The notes: a model not told the origin generated them from the letters alone. 64,000 bases of DNA from an uncultured Hormoscilla sp. (GCA_963921275.4 OZ001293.3:3072001-3136000); one strand, 5' to 3'; positions 16,226 through 29,358 are shown, numbered from the stretch's first letter. A program made the numbers and translations.

Positions 16226-16593
16226 AAGCGAAGGTTTGCAACGTCGTAAAGCCTATCCAGTGTAATAAGGCTGATACACTGGCCCAAAAAGGGAAAGGAT
16301 ACTGGTCATTGGCGGATGTATACCCGACCAATAAGCACTGACAATAAACCCGGCGTAGAGAACCCGTCTAAGGTTACGACCAATCATCTGTAGGAACGAA
16401 GTAACCCGGTTGTAGCACTCTCCATCACCGGTCGATAGATGGAGTAGCCACCACAGGCGTAACATCTGCTCTCCGGAAGGCAGGACGCAACTGGGGGAGA
16501 TTGAGTGGAGAAGCAAATGCCTGTCTGTAATGGATAGAATAAGCTGACGCCCTCACGGTCTCGTCAATTGTGAAGTTGTAAGTAGTAGTGAAT

Positions 16594-19255
16594 ATGTCAC
16601 GGAACTTAGTCGAAAGACAAGAGTATGAATGGAAGACTGTCGCCTGGCGAAAGCTGGAAAGGATAGTTTTTAAGCTGCAAAAGCGAATTTACAGAGCGGC
16701 ACTGGAAGGTAATAAGCAGAAGGTTCGTAAGCTCCAAGGATTACTAAATAGGTCATGGTCCGCGAAGATGATAGCGGTACGGCAGGTAACACAACAAAAC
16801 CAGGGAAAGAAGACGGCTGGTGTGGATGGTGTGAAAGCACTGACCCCAAAAGAACGTATCGAACTGGTAGGTCAAATTAAAGTTACTCGAAAGGCGAAGG
16901 CAAAAGCCACACGAAGAGTGTGGATACCGAAGCCACGAAGGGAGGAGAAGCGGCCATTAGGAATACCAACGATGCACGACCGCGCACTTCAGGGATTGGT
17001 TAAAGAAGCGCTAGAGCCTGAATGGGAAGCGTATATGGAAGCCAATTCCTACGGGTTTAGACCAGGTAGGGGATGTCATGATGCAGTTGCAGCGATATTC
17101 GCTAGCATCAGTCAAAAATCGAAATGGGTGTTAGATGCGGATATTGCGAAGTGTTTCGACGAAATTGACCATTCCGCGCTCCTAAAGAAATTGAATACTA
17201 CGTCACCAATCCGTAAACAAATACGGGCATGGCTAAAAGCTGGGGTGATGGACCGGGGAAGGATGGAATCCACAGAAGCCGGAACTCCCCAAGGTGGGGT
17301 TATATCTCCATTACTAGCCAATATAGCTTTACATGGGCTGGAAGGGGTAGTAATGGGTCTCGCTCACACAAAAAGAGAGAAGGAGAAGTTAACCGTAGTA
17401 AGATATGCGGATGACTTTGTGGTAATACATAATGACCGGTCGATGATTGAGGAAGCTCAAGGAGTGATTGAGGAGTGGTTGAAGGGAATAGGGCTGGAGC
17501 AAAAAGCCGAGAAAACGAAGATATCCCACACATTGGAAGGAGAGAGCCCTGGATTTGACTTCTTAGGGTTCAATATCCGACAATATAAAGTAGGGAAACA
17601 CAGAAGCGGCAAACTCTGTAACGGAACCCCCCTAGGATTCAAGACCCTAATCAAGCCTAGCGATAAATCCATAAGGAATCATAAAGAGCAGCTATCAGAG
17701 ATAGTTCGCCGCCATAAAGGGGCACCGCAAACGGCCTTAATAGCAAGACTAAACCCGATGATAAGGGGATGGAGCAACTATTATAGGACGGTGGTAAGTA
17801 AAGAAACTTACAGCTCTATGGATAACTACTTATGGAAGTTGTTATGGCGATGGGCAAAGAGAAGACATCCTAACAAAACGGGCAAATGAATTGCTAGTAA
17901 GTACTGGGGTATGACCGGGAAAGACCGGTGGAGGTTCGCTGGCAAGTCTAAAGAAGATGGAGGAATGAAGCTAAACCGATACTCTGAAACTGAAATAATC
18001 GGATGGGGTCGAGCCGAAAATCGCTTCCCGACCCTCCCTTGAGGAACCGGACTTGCGATTTTCACCGCATCCGGCTACTGGGTACTAGGCCCTTTTCATA
18101 GGTAGACTTAATAGGAATTACTTCCGTTAGCCCTTGCCGCCTGTCTTTTCTTCCCTTTCCTGGTTTAGCGAGTGGTTGTTCTGATAACCGTTAGTATCAC
18201 CATTTTCAAGTCAGTTTTACCAGTTATCCATACCTTATCCTCCACTTGCGTTTCGGATTAGTTCCGTGGCTTTTTAGGATTACTCATTCCAGCAGCTTCC
18301 TAGTATCACCGACCCACGTCAGCGCTGGCTACCCAGCATCATCTACATTACTGTAGATGTTATCCCAGGAATTACCCCGGGCATTCGCTTCTTGGGCCAT
18401 CCCTCCCCCCGTGGCTTGCGCTTAACATCTAACTTGTCCTGATGGACAGCACACGAGAGGTTACTTCGTTCCCTAACAACATTTCGCGATACCTTTAGGT
18501 CCACACTATACCCCGGGAGCTATTTGAGTACTATATTAGCCAGAGTCTAAAACTAATACTAGCTACCATTTCCTTTTTAGGCCAGCGCATATAGCCTTAT
18601 TTCGCTGGTTCTTTATAACGAGGCTTGCACATGTTTGCCTGCTCTAACCTTGGATATCTTTCCTAGCGGCGTCACCGGCTTAGGCTGCCAGTTATCCTAC
18701 ATTTGAGTCCTCGCTTAGCACCACGATGATGTCGCTTCGTAGCACCGAGGACCGGTGTCACCCCCGTACCTGGGGGGAGGGGAATTTAACCCCCATGCGG
18801 TCAGAGTTCCCGGCTAATGAAACCGGGCTAGCGTTCCGTGTTTGACCACGTTAGGCTAGAACGAATCGCACAGACACGTAAAGGTTAAGGGGACAGCTAG
18901 CCCGTTTGACGGTAATCTGGTTTATTGGAGCAAAAGACTGAGAAAAAGCCCGGATGTGAGCGCTAGAGTTATCAGACTGCTAAAAGAGCAGGATGGTAAG
19001 TGTGTGCACTGCGGACTGAAATTCAAAGATGGCGACAAATGGGAGGTTGACCATATTCTACCAGTTTCTAAAGGAGGTAAAGACTGGTATACCAACCTAC
19101 AGTTGCTGCATGATTATTGCCATGATGTAAAGTCTGCCAGAGATGGTGACAAAGGCCGTATCCATGACAAGGATGGCGAAACTGAGGAGCCGGATGAGGT
19201 GAAAGTCTCACGTCCGGTTCTGAAGACGAGTCGGCGGGGTGACCCGTTGGCTTAG
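16594..19255 (+). pseudogene. ltrA: Group II intron RT/maturase/HNH protein, inactivated by TGA at 17887-17889 and the insertion 18001-18871
   Basis: KRPLGIPT, SYGFRPGR, GTPQGGVISPLLAN, RYADD, domain X, CVHCG..EVDH..NLQLLHDYCH HNH. Confidence 0.93.
18001..18871 (-). mobile_element. ORF-less group II intron type A, second copy, antisense within the RT ORF
   Basis: Reverse complement of 8205-9075 with only a few substitutions seen; removal gives SETEII|RHVKVKG. Confidence 0.93.
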
Positions 19256-20351
19256 TTTAATAGAAGCTTTCACATGAGTATTAAGATGATCTTGAACGAC
19301 GAGAATTTTCCGCGCTTGAGGAAAACATTCATCAACCAAATACTTCATCTGGTGAGCATAGTCGTAAGAAGTCCGTTGGTCAGGGGTTCTCGTTTCTGAA
19401 ATTAACTGTTTGGAACATTCATCAAAACAAACCAAAGGGTAATCTGAATCATAAGCACGGGTGTACAGGTCTAAAACTTCTTCCATCTGACAGACAAATT
19501 CAGCACTTTCTTGAGGTGGAATTATCCAACATTCCTGAAACCAAGGTTTAATTTCGTTTTTTTTAATACCTGTCGTACCGTTTCATGGGAAAGGCTTTCT
19601 ACATATCCTAAAGCTACCATTTGATCGGCGAGGAGTCGTAAAGTCCAACGACTATACCCAGTCGGTGCTTGGCTGCAAGCTAATGCAATTAAATGAGCTT
19701 CGACTTCTCCATCGATACGCCGTAACTGAGATGAGAGGTGGGGACGGGTGGGTTATTGCTTTTTCTAAACCCTCTTCTACAAACCTTTGTCGAACTCTTT
19801 CAATCGTTCTGGTACTAATGTTCAAAGCTTGGCTAATTTCATTATCTGTCCACCCTCCATCGGTTTGATTAATATCGGCTTTAAGTAAGATGCGAGCATA
19901 ATTAATTTTCCTCGCCGCAGCTTTTCCTGTTGTAGTTAGCTTTTCTAGACTTTGGCGTTCTTCTTCTGTTAGGGAAACTATATATCGTTTGGCTGGCATG
20001 GTTTCTCACTCTTTGTTCTCTTCTCTTCTATTATCTGTCATTATTACTTGATAGACTAATAGCAATCGACAATATTTTTTGCAGACAACCCTTCTTTTTT
20101 TTCAATGCTGACCTGATGTACTATATTATTAAAAGGGAAAGGAGTAATTAGAGGATTGAAATTTATGAGGGGGCAAACCCCCTATTGTTGACAAAAACCG
20201 GGGTGATGGATTGAGGTAATTTTCAGATTAAACTCCAATTGAGAATTCAGGTGTCGGTAATACCCATAGCAGAAATCGTAAAGGTTGATCGCCCCCCGGC
20301 TCTGTGCCTAGAATAAACTTAAATAGACTAAGATGTTAGGAGTATTAAGCG

Positions 20352-22973
20352 ATGCAACCGAGTAATCCCAATCAGTTTACGGAAAAAGCCTGGGAGGCGA
20401 TCGCCCGCCTGCCGGACATTGCTAAGGCCAATGGCCAGCAACAGCTAGAAAGCGAACACCTGATGAAGTCCCTGCTGGAACAACCAGGACTGGCTACTAG
20501 CATTTTATCGAAGGCGGAGGTGAACGTGCAACATGTGCGCGATCGCACGGAATATTTCATTAAACGTCAACCGAAAGTATCGAACCCTGGTTCTGTCTAT
20601 CTGGGACGTTCTTTGGATATTCTCCTGGACGCTGCGGAAGCTTACCGCAAAGATTATGGCGACGAGTATATCTCCATCGAGCATCTGGTGCTAGCTTTCA
20701 TTAAGGACGATCGGTTTGGCAAAGAGTTATTGGGCTCATTTAAGCTAGATGAAGCTAAGCTGAAGCAGATTATCTCCCAAATCAGAGGCAACCAGAAAGT
20801 GACTGACCAAAACCCCGAAGGTAAGTACGAAGCGCTGGAAAAATATGGACGGGACTTGACAGAGGCAGCCCGCCAAGGTAAACTAGACCCAGTAATTGGT
20901 AGAGATGATGAGATTCGCCGCACGATCCAAATCCTCTCTCGCCGCACTAAGAATAATCCCGTACTCATCGGGGAACCGGGTGTCGGCAAAACCGCGATCG
21001 CCGAAGGACTGGCCCAACGGATTGTCGCCGGGGACGTACCCCAATCCCTCAAGGACCGCCGCCTGATCGCCCTGGATCTAGGGGCCTTAATTGCAGGGGC
21101 TAAATATCGGGGCGAATTTGAAGAACGCTTGAAAGCCGTTCTGAAGGAAGTTACTGATTCTCAAGGTAACATTATCATGTTTGTCGATGAAATTCACACC
21201 GTTGTTGGTGCCGGGGCGACCCTTGGGGCGATGGATGCGGGCAACTTGCTCAAACCCATGTTATCACGCGGTGAGTTGCGCTGTATTGGTGCCACCACCC
21301 TGGATGAATATCGCAAGTATGTCGAAAAAGATGCTGCCCTGGAACGACGCTTCCAACAAGTTTATGTGGATCAACCCACTGTCGAAGATACCGTTTCTAT
21401 TCTGCGGGGACTTAAGGAACGCTATGAAGTTCACCACGGAGTGAAAATCTCTGATAGTGCCCTGGTAGCAGCGGCGACTCTCTCTACCAGGTATATTAGC
21501 GATCGCTTCCTTCCCGATAAAGCGATCGACCTGATGGACGAGGCGGCGGCCCGGTTAAAGATGGAGATTACCTCTAAACCCGAAGAACTGGACGAAATTG
21601 ACCGGAAAATCCTCCAGTTGGAAATGGAACGCCTGTCCTTGCAAAAGGAATATGATGCTGCGTCCCAGGAACGATTGGAAAAATTGGAACTAGAGTTGAC
21701 GAACCTGAAGGAATCACAACGGGCCCTGAATGCTCAGTGGCAATCGGAAAAAGGTATTATCGACCAAATTCAGGGCATTAAGGAACAGATCGATCGGGTT
21801 AACATTGAAATTCAGCAGGCGGAACGTAACTACGACCTGAACCGCGCTGCGGAGTTGAAGTACGGTAAGTTAAATGAGTTGCAGCAGCAACTGAAGCAAA
21901 CGGAAACTCGTCTAGAGGAAACCCAAACAAGTGGAATTTCTCTGTTGCGGGAGGAAGTGACGGAAGCAGATATTGCCGAAATTATTTCCAAGTGGACGGG
22001 TATTCCCATTAGTAAGTTGGTGGAGTCGGAAATGCAAAAACTCCTCCACCTGGAAGAGGAACTGCATCAGCGAGTCGTCGGACAGGATGAGGCAGTGACA
22101 GCAGTGGCCGATGCCATTCAGCGATCGCGTGCGGGGTTAGCGGACCCGAACCGTCCCGTTGCCAGTTTTATCTTCCTCGGTCCCACGGGTGTCGGGAAGA
22201 CAGAGTTGGCAAAAGCACTTGCTGCTTACCTGTTCGACACGGAAGAAGCGTTAGTGCGAATTGACATGTCCGAGTACATGGAGAAACATACTGTTTCGCG
22301 GTTAATTGGTGCGCCTCCGGGATATGTTGGGTATGATGAAGGGGGACAGCTGACTGAGTCGATTCGCCGGCTTCCTTATGCGGTCATCTTGTTCGATGAA
22401 ATTGAAAAAGCTCATCCCGATGTCTTCAATATTATGCTGCAAATTCTCGATGACGGTCGCGTCACAGATGCCCAAGGTCATACCGTTGACTTTAAGAATG
22501 CGATCGTCATCATGACTAGCAACATCGGTTCCCAGTATATCCTGGATGTGGCAGGAGATGATAGCCAGTATGAAGAGATGCAAAAGCGGGTGATGGAAGC
22601 GATGCGATCGAGTTTCCGTCCCGAGTTCCTCAACCGCATTGATGAAGTGATCATCTTCCACTCCCTCAAGAAAGCACAATTGCGCGCGATCGTCAAGTTG
22701 CAAGTGCAGCGTTTAGAACAGCGGTTAGCAGAACGGAAGATGTCTCTCAAACTGGCCGAAGCTGCCCTTGACTTTTTAGCAGAAGTAGGTTATGACCCAG
22801 TCTATGGGGCGCGGCCCTTGAAGCGAGCAATTCAGCGGGAGTTAGAAACCCAAATTGCGAAAGCGATCCTGCGCGGCGAGTTTAAGAACGGAGACACTAT
22901 CTTTGTGGATGTAGAAAACGAACGTCTTTCCTTTAAGTGCTTGCCCGTGGGGTTACTAACTAAAGTAAATTAA
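20352..22973 (+). CDS. clpB: ATP-dependent chaperone ClpB
   Basis: Two Walker A motifs ([16 protein letters not shown]), coiled-coil M domain, 873 aa. Confidence 0.97.
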   Translation: MQPSNPNQFTEKAWEAIARLPDIAKANGQQQLESEHLMKSLLEQPGLATSILSKAEVNVQHVRDRTEYFIKRQPKVSNPGSVYLGRSLDILLDAAEAYRKDYGDEYISIEHLVLAFIKDDRFGKELLGSFKLDEAKLKQIISQIRGNQKVTDQNPEGKYEALEKYGRDLTEAARQGKLDPVIGRDDEIRRTIQILSRRTKNNPVLIGEPGVGKTAIAEGLAQRIVAGDVPQSLKDRRLIALDLGALIAGAKYRGEFEERLKAVLKEVTDSQGNIIMFVDEIHTVVGAGATLGAMDAGNLLKPMLSRGELRCIGATTLDEYRKYVEKDAALERRFQQVYVDQPTVEDTVSILRGLKERYEVHHGVKISDSALVAAATLSTRYISDRFLPDKAIDLMDEAAARLKMEITSKPEELDEIDRKILQLEMERLSLQKEYDAASQERLEKLELELTNLKESQRALNAQWQSEKGIIDQIQGIKEQIDRVNIEIQQAERNYDLNRAAELKYGKLNELQQQLKQTETRLEETQTSGISLLREEVTEADIAEIISKWTGIPISKLVESEMQKLLHLEEELHQRVVGQDEAVTAVADAIQRSRAGLADPNRPVASFIFLGPTGVGKTELAKALAAYLFDTEEALVRIDMSEYMEKHTVSRLIGAPPGYVGYDEGGQLTESIRRLPYAVILFDEIEKAHPDVFNIMLQILDDGRVTDAQGHTVDFKNAIVIMTSNIGSQYILDVAGDDSQYEEMQKRVMEAMRSSFRPEFLNRIDEVIIFHSLKKAQLRAIVKLQVQRLEQRLAERKMSLKLAEAALDFLAEVGYDPVYGARPLKRAIQRELETQIAKAILRGEFKNGDTIFVDVENERLSFKCLPVGLLTKVN

Positions 22974-23059
22974 TCCCTGCGTGGGCGGTGCCCACCGGGT
23001 GCGGTCAAAAGTAGTTGTAGTAGAAAAGCTGAAACTCTTGGCGTGACAAGGTTTCAGAC

Positions 23060-23600
23060 AGGTCAGCTTCTAACCGTAAGCGCTCCATCGCCGCAGCGGA
23101 CAAAACGCTCGTGGCGTTGTTCGATGTGCTCTGCTGCTGTGTCTCCTGGGAGCTTGATTTCTCCCGGGAGCGCTAGGCGCACAAAAGGGAAGACATCATA
23201 GTCGCACAAAAGGGGAGACACAGCTCGCTACATGCGCTGCGCGCACACGGCTACGTCTGCGCGATCGCACTGCGCATCGCACATCCGCTGTTTCATTCTC
23301 GATCGCTGTGGTCAGACGCAGTAGGCGGTCTGTATTATTGATGGCAATTTCCAGCAGCCGCATATCTTGTGGAGGTAGGGAGCCTAGCTTGCCACTGAGC
23401 AAAAGACCCAAGGCTGCGCGAATTGAGGTCAGAGGTGTGCGCAGTTCGTGACTGACTAGTGAGGTTAATTCATCTTGCGATGTCTCCGGAGTAGTGCGAG
23501 TAGCGCAAGGCGTGGAGACATCCCCTCGGATAAGGGCGATAAATCCAATTGGTGCTTTTGGCAGGTGTCAATTTTTTTGGCCACGCCGATACTTGTCATA
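23060..23600 (-). pseudogene. HisKA-containing signalling gene remnant riddled with short repeats
   Basis: DELTSLVSHELRTPLTSIRAALGLL..NNTDRLLRL. Confidence 0.65.
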
Positions 23601-23757
23601 TTTGCTAATTTCCTATATTACCTGGACCCAGATCGGGCTGTTTTTGATCGTTACAAAAAGAATGTGAAAAACGAACAAGGCTATCCAATCATCAAAGCAG
23701 CTGCTGTCACCAGGTGAGTTATACTCCCACCAGGCGATCGGGCAATACTGGGCATCA

Positions 23758-23841
23758 ATGCCTCTCCGGTAGTGCGAATACGATGTCTTCTGGGTAGTGC
23801 GATTAGCGCTCCCAGAAGACATCGAACTCCCGAGAGGCATC
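23758..23841. repeat. Nested palindromic mini-elements (inner copy 23782-23823)
   Basis: ATGCCTCTC..GTAGTGCGAATAC[GATGTCTTCTGGG..CCCAGAAGACATC]GAAC..GAGAGGCAT. Confidence 0.85.
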
Positions 23842-24002
23842 GAATACTCCAGTCCCACCGGTCAGATATTATCGGATCCAGAGCATTTTCTATTTTGCCC
23901 GCAGGATCTGCGAAGATTGTATCATATATTATTACGCATGTCAAGCGATACTTATGCCCGATATCCGCCGATTATCAATTGACAATTTTCAATTAACAAT
24001 TT

Positions 24003-24467
24003 TTAATTTGATTGCCAGTCAGGGCAATTTTCAGAATCCCAACCGTAGGGATGCATGGCGCAGATGAACATATTACCCCCGTAAACTTGACCGTGGTAAT
24101 GACGACAACCTACGCAGGCTGGATGGCTGTTCTGGATCGGGTCTCCCGTGTCGCCTTCGGGGTAGTATGGTTCTTCGATGTCTCCGGAGTAGTGCGAGTA
24201 GCGCTCTTCGGAGACATCGAAGGGCAGTTCGCCATCATATTCTATATAAAGAACCACGATTGGCTCGAATATATCGTTTAAAAATTCTTCAAACTCGTTC
24301 AACTCACTGGAGAATGCTGACTGGAGTTCTTCAGATATTTCTTCAGAAATCTCGGCTAACGCATCGACAAACTCTGTGACTTCTTCAGTTACTTCACTAA
24401 AAAACTTTTCTACCTCGCTAGTCACCACTTCTAGAAGCCAAAAAAAATCTTTTTGCCAATCTTCCAT
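24003..24467 (-). CDS. Acidic cyanobacterial hypothetical protein with C-terminal Cys/His cluster; contains an in-frame 42-bp mini-element
   Basis: PACVGCRHYHG..CAMHPYG..CPDW. Confidence 0.85.
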   Translation of the reverse strand: MEDWQKDFFWLLEVVTSEVEKFFSEVTEEVTEFVDALAEISEEISEELQSAFSSELNEFEEFLNDIFEPIVVLYIEYDGELPFDVSEERYSHYSGDIEEPYYPEGDTGDPIQNSHPACVGCRHYHGQVYGGNMFICAMHPYGWDSENCPDWQSN

Positions 24468-24517
24468 AAGTTATCAGTTGTCTGTTGTCAATTGTCAATT
24501 TTTAATTTTGACTGACT

Positions 24518-24886
24518 CTAGTCCTGCTGAAGACGGCGGAGTTCTTCTTGCAGTTCTGTTACTTGATTGCGTAAGTCGTTCACATTTTCATCATCCTCTT
24601 GGGGAGAATCTTCATCTGAGATCTCAATCAAGCGAGGTTCCGATGGAATTTTTTTCTTGGGTGACTTTGGCGGCGGTACCTGTTGCTGCGCCGAAGCTAG
24701 CATCTCGTCAACTAGCTTACGGGCTTCTTCTGCAGTGATTTCACCCCGTTTTACCATTTCATCAGTAAGTTTTTGGGCTTGCTGTCGCAGTTCGCCTATG
24801 GTGCCACTTGCTTTCTCTCCCGCATAGGAAACTAGCCCCACTCCCAGGTAAAAAGCTTTTTTTACACTATCTCTTAAACCAGGCAT
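24518..24886 (-). CDS. Phasin-like / polyhydroxyalkanoate granule-associated family protein
   Basis: KAFYLGVGL..DEMVKRGEITAEEARKLVDEM; C-terminal coiled coil. Confidence 0.75.
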   Translation of the reverse strand: MPGLRDSVKKAFYLGVGLVSYAGEKASGTIGELRQQAQKLTDEMVKRGEITAEEARKLVDEMLASAQQQVPPPKSPKKKIPSEPRLIEISDEDSPQEDDENVNDLRNQVTELQEELRRLQQD

Positions 24887-24921
24887 ACCGACCGTCGTTC
24901 CTTTCAAGAGGTGACCCGGAG

Positions 24922-25567
24922 TCCACGCCTGCTACAAGCATCCCGTATTGCTGCCACCTTCCGGTCCTGACAAGGTTTGGGTGTTGTCACCGCATGAGTC
25001 CAGGTCTTCTCTACCATAACATGGGAATGCCTTTGTTGTGCAACTTTTCCGAAAAATTTGTTGCACATTCTCACCGATGATGGTGGATAATTGTGCAACG
25101 GCAAATTTGTTTATGGGGATTTCTTTATTGGTGACTGGTGCTTCGTCTAAATTCTGCCGGTGCGTTCGACGCGGAAGTTTGATAATCTTTTCGACAACGG
25201 GCCGCTTGGCTTTCAGGCAGAAGCAGCACAAGGGCTGTTGTAATGGAGTCCCGTTCTGGGGTGACTTCGGATCTATCTGTTGCTGGACCGAAGAGCCCAT
25301 CGCGTCTAATGGGGAGACCTGAATTCCACGCCTGCTACAAGCATCCCGTATTGCTGCTACTTCCGTCCTGACAAGGTTTTGGCGTTGTAACCGCATGGGT
25401 TCTCCAGGTCTTCTCCACTATAACATTAGACTGCCTTTGTCGTGCAACTTTTCTGAAAAATTTGTTTGTGGGGATTTTTGTTTGGGTGCTGGCGAGCTAT
25501 TTTTCATATGCCGGTGCTAACTAGCAGGACGTTGGATAATCTTTTCGACAACGGGCCGCTTAGCTTT
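24922..25567. repeat. Diverged direct duplication of the activase 3' end and downstream region (24922-25213 vs 25325-25567)
   Basis: TCCACGCCTGCTACAAGCATCCCGTATTGCTGC and GATAATCTTTTCGACAACGGGCCGCTT each occur twice. Confidence 0.8.
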
Positions 25568-26065
25568 GGGGTCGATGCCAATTATGCGCACGTATTCGCC
25601 GCTGTGTTCGGACAAGATAGCTGAGACTGTTTTGATCGCGTCGGACTGTGCAGAGGCAGTAATTGATTGGGCGCTTTTCCAGGAACTGGTGCGGAAACGG
25701 CGTCGATCTGCGTATTCTATCCCAATGTGATAACCAGTGCTGAGTAGCTGTTGCAGCTGTTCGACTACTTCTGGACTGAGTTGTTTACTCTGTAACAATC
25801 CATTACTGCTGCTAACTTGATGGGTTGCCTCCGGTTGTGGTACTGGCGGGGGATTCCCTGGCGCCATATCTGGGCGATCACCCAAGTACAAGTTTTGGTT
25901 ATACTCTCGCGATCGCCCCATGGTCTCTACCCGCTGCTGTTCGCTGGTCATCTGCTGGCCAAACTCCATTAATCTTTGGAGGCTGAAATCGGGCTTTTGA
26001 AATTCTGGCGGTTTGTCGGCACTGTTGACAACGCGGGATCCAACTCTCTCTATGCCTACATTATG
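25517..26065 (-). pseudogene. rca: 3' part of Rubisco activase-like protein with RbcS-like C-terminal domain
   Basis: HNVGIERVGSRVVNS..PPEFQKPDFSLQRLMEFG..EQQRV; SSUL motifs IGIEYADRRRFRTSSW, GEYVRIIGIDPKAKR. Confidence 0.8.
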
Positions 26066-26229
26066 ATTAAACTAAGCCAGGGAGTCACCTCCCCGACTCG
26101 TCTTCAGAACCGGACGTGAGACTTTCGCCTCATCCGGCTCCTCAGTAATGCCATCCTTGTCACGGATACGGCTACTACCATCGCTGGCAGTCTTTATATC
26201 ATGGCAGTGTTTGTGCAACAGTTGTAAGT
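26066..26229 (-). mobile_element. 3' remnant (HNH end, DV, DVI) of an RT-type group II intron
   Basis: LQLLHKHCHDIK; GAGCCGGATGAGGCGAAAGTCTCACGTCCGGTTC..GCTTAGTTTAAT. Confidence 0.9.
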
Positions 26230-26688
26230 CTGGCTGCCTGACACATCTGCATGAAAACTAGGCGCATCAGGTTTTACACTGTATTGAGCGGATACGCGAA
26301 AACCATATTTGGTCGTAGTAATCATACTTGGCTTTGAAGGAAGCAAAACATGGTTGTGGATCTCTAGGCAACAATGGTACTGGCATTAAAAGTAGCCGAC
26401 CTTTATTGACTACTCTTTTGAGCCAGCGCCAACCAATTTTGAGATAACTGAGACCTCGTTGCCAATGGGGATCTACCTGCTGGCGTAAGCCTTCAAGTTG
26501 AACAGCCATGCCCTGGGTAGTGGCGTAAAGCAGGGCAATGGCAGCAACTAAGTAAAGCCGCTCAAGCGCTTGAACTGAGCGGATGCGGGAGTCTTCCAGT
26601 TCAAAGGCCCCCGACTTGCTATCCAAAAATAGTTCCTCTACCCGAAAGCGCAAACCATATTGCCACAGAGTTTGTAAACTGGGGGACT
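26230..26688 (-). mobile_element. Partial second copy of the IS4-family element
   Basis: Near-identical to 3684-4142, including the IR. Confidence 0.9.
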
Positions 26689-26860
26689 TCCGGACAGTTT
26701 TTAGACCCTAAAACGACCACAACACAAGGGTTGCAGCCCTTCGCGCCTTATTTTTTTCAATGTCTGCCCCAGGGCTAACTTGCCTAAAATTGCTCTATCG
26801 AGCAAAGGCTGACGCTGCAAGGCTTGCAGCTACGTACAGCCAAAACGGTCCGGACTATTG
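26689..26860 (-). mobile_element. MITE with CAATAGTCCGGAC-type ends
   Basis: Reverse-complement homolog of 57041-57237. Confidence 0.8.
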
Positions 26861-27215
26861 CCAAATCGGCACAACGACGGGATGATAAGGGTTGTTAATT
26901 GTTAATTGTCAATGGTCAATTGAAATAGTCATAAATAGCCATAGATGGATGTCTGAACGTTTTTCAATTTTCAATTTTCAATTTTCAACCCTTGACTGCT
27001 ATCATCCCAAAAATGTGCAACGCCGCCAAATCTAATCCGCACCGATGGATAGTCTCAAGAGGATTCTCGCCTCACTGCTGTTTCCAGCAGGCCATTTCTA
27101 CAAACCCCCTTGCCAGTTTCTTGACCATTGATAGCCACCATTTTCGTGGTTTGCGGCCAAGTCAACTACACAAACCTGAGTCGGTACAGCCACTTGTCAG
27201 AGGGTACCCATCGCC

Positions 27216-27335
27216 GATGTCTCCTGTGTGCCGTATGTCCCCTGGGACAAGAGCAAGGAGCAGAGATATAGAGATGTCTCCTGTGTGCCGTATGTCCCCT
27301 GGGACAAGAGCAAGGAGTAGAAATATCGAGATGTT
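27216..27335 (+). repeat. 57-bp tandem repeat x2; a third, expanded copy at 27698-27795
   Basis: GATGTCTCCTGTGTGCCGTATGTCCCCTGGGACAAGAGCAAGGAG. Confidence 0.85.
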
Positions 27336-28126
27336 TCCGAGAGCATCTCAATGCAAGCATTTTGGCATTAAATACTGCTAATTGTGAAGAGCTAATTGCG
27401 TATATACGCCGTGCGCGCAGCGCTATGGAAAATGGAAAATAGCCCAATTCTCAATTCTTAATTAACAATTGCTCAATTTTCGATTCTCAAGAAGCCAAAC
27501 AGGGGATGCACCCGCGGAGGCATGCGCCTCCAGCACAGAGGTGCAAAGGCAATCTCCCCAGACTTGGATCTGGGGCATTTGGCCTACAGGAGCGAACTAT
27601 TTCCCGACTGGGGTGCGCGGCAGTGGTCACGCCCTGGCTTCTACACCAAGTATAAGTGGGTTGAAGGGTTCGATGTCCCCATGTCAATGCTAGTCTCGAT
27701 GTCTCCTGTGTGCCGTTCGCGTATCGCGTAGCGTGGCGCAGCCATGCGTGGCGCAGCCATGTCACCACCGGACAAGAGCAAGGAGCAGAGATATCGAAAC
27801 GGCCAGTCATCTTGCCAAAACAGCTTGACAACAGTCCCAACCAGCAACCACGGAGTTGAGTTTCTCCATTGCCGACTCTAAACGCGCGATTGGGAGCATA
27901 TGCATGAACTTATTTATTTCCTTGTTTGACCTGGAGCCAACGAGGATTAAATCTCACCGGAACTAGCAGAACCTGCTTGCCTACGGGGCCATAGCCTCCT
28001 AATTTTGTCCGGAGTATTGATATAATATTGCTTAATTTTTCAGTATAAATACTTAAAAAAAGAAAAAAAATCTGCCCCAAAACCAGAAAATTGAGTTAAA
28101 GTAGGAAGAGAAGAAAGTTCAGATAA

Positions 28127-29335
28127 TTGTATATGGAAATTACAAATCTAGATCATCTGGGATTAGTGGCAGGGATAATCGATGAAATAGGAATAGAATC
28201 GATAATTAACCGGCGCTTGGGAGAACACTCATCGGAGAAAATTAGCTCTGGGAAAGTAGTCAAAGCAATGATAATCAATGCTCTCGGATTGGTATCATCA
28301 CCTTTATACTTATTTTATAATTTTTTTGAAGGAAAATTCATCGAACACTGGAAAAAGAGTTAAGCCAGAGGATTTAAATGATGATAAATTAGGTTTCTGA
28401 TAAATTATATGATAGCGGGACTGGAGAAATTTTAGTAGTTTGATCGGCTGTGAAAAAATATCAAATAAAAACAGAAACATATCATTTGGATGCAAGTTCA
28501 TGTTCATGGAGAGTACAAATATTCAGAAAATGAAGTTGGAGAACCTAGAGCAATAAAGATAACTCATGGATCCTCGAGAGACTATCGACCTGATTTGAAA
28601 CAATTTACAATGGAGTTAATTTGTTCGGGTGATGGCGATATTCCATTGCTATGTCCCTTGACAGGCTTTGGAAACAATGCTGTATACATATAAAAATAAA
28701 CAACAGTCAGTATAACGATGTTTTGCTTTTCTGAAAGACCCAATGTTTTTGGCAGATAGCGTATTTTTTAAATCCCCAAAGCGGATAGAAGCTTTAGGCT
28801 TAATTATGGCCTTATCTTTGTTAGTGTATAAGGTAGCAGAGAGGCAAATAAGAAAGACTCCGGACAGGTTCAGGAATAAAAAATCAGTTAGGTCACCTGA
28901 CTTCTCGACTAACGTTGGATATTTCAATGTTTTCAATCCATACATATCCGCGCTGCGTTAAACAAATTTCAAATATTAATGAGTCGCGTTTACACATTTT
29001 GAAATTCTTTCCTCCAGCATGTCAGCGGTACTATTTACTGATTTAAACCTTGTTAAAAAACGCTACAGAAAAAGTATTGCTTGGGAGAATTGTACCTCTG
29101 AGTAGCTTGATGGTGAGCAATTTTAAGTAAATTTTAGTAATTTTATATCAAGTAGAGGTTGATAGTTGAAGGTAATTATAAATTTTGAGGTTAAATAAGA
29201 GAATCAGGAGTCATATTTGTCTAGATTTAATATGATAGAAGGGTTGATAATGCCCAATGTTCAATATGTCATACATTTGGATTACAAAAATAACTTGTAA
29301 TCATTGCGTAATACATTGTCGTGCGGAATGTAGGT
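28127..29335 (+). mobile_element. IS1634-family transposase remnant with a large internal deletion
   Basis: NLDHLGLVAGIIDEIG, ITHGSSRDYRPDLKQ, FLKDPMFLADSVFFKSPKRIEAL. Confidence 0.85.
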
Positions 29336-29358
29336 TATACCCGCCTACCTACCAGCGA

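Noticed and set aside
16594..19255. Retron, DGR or defence RT
   Set aside because: It has domain X and HNH and lies within full group II intron RNA boundaries; no TR/VR pair or msr-msd was seen.
25517..25969. ccmM or rbcS gene
   Set aside because: Only one RbcS-like domain, and the upstream in-frame sequence resembles the activase C-terminal region rather than gamma-carbonic anhydrase.
26890..27000. Heptamer tandem repeats (TGTTAAT, TTTTCAA)
   Set aside because: Ordinary cyanobacterial STRR-type repeats.
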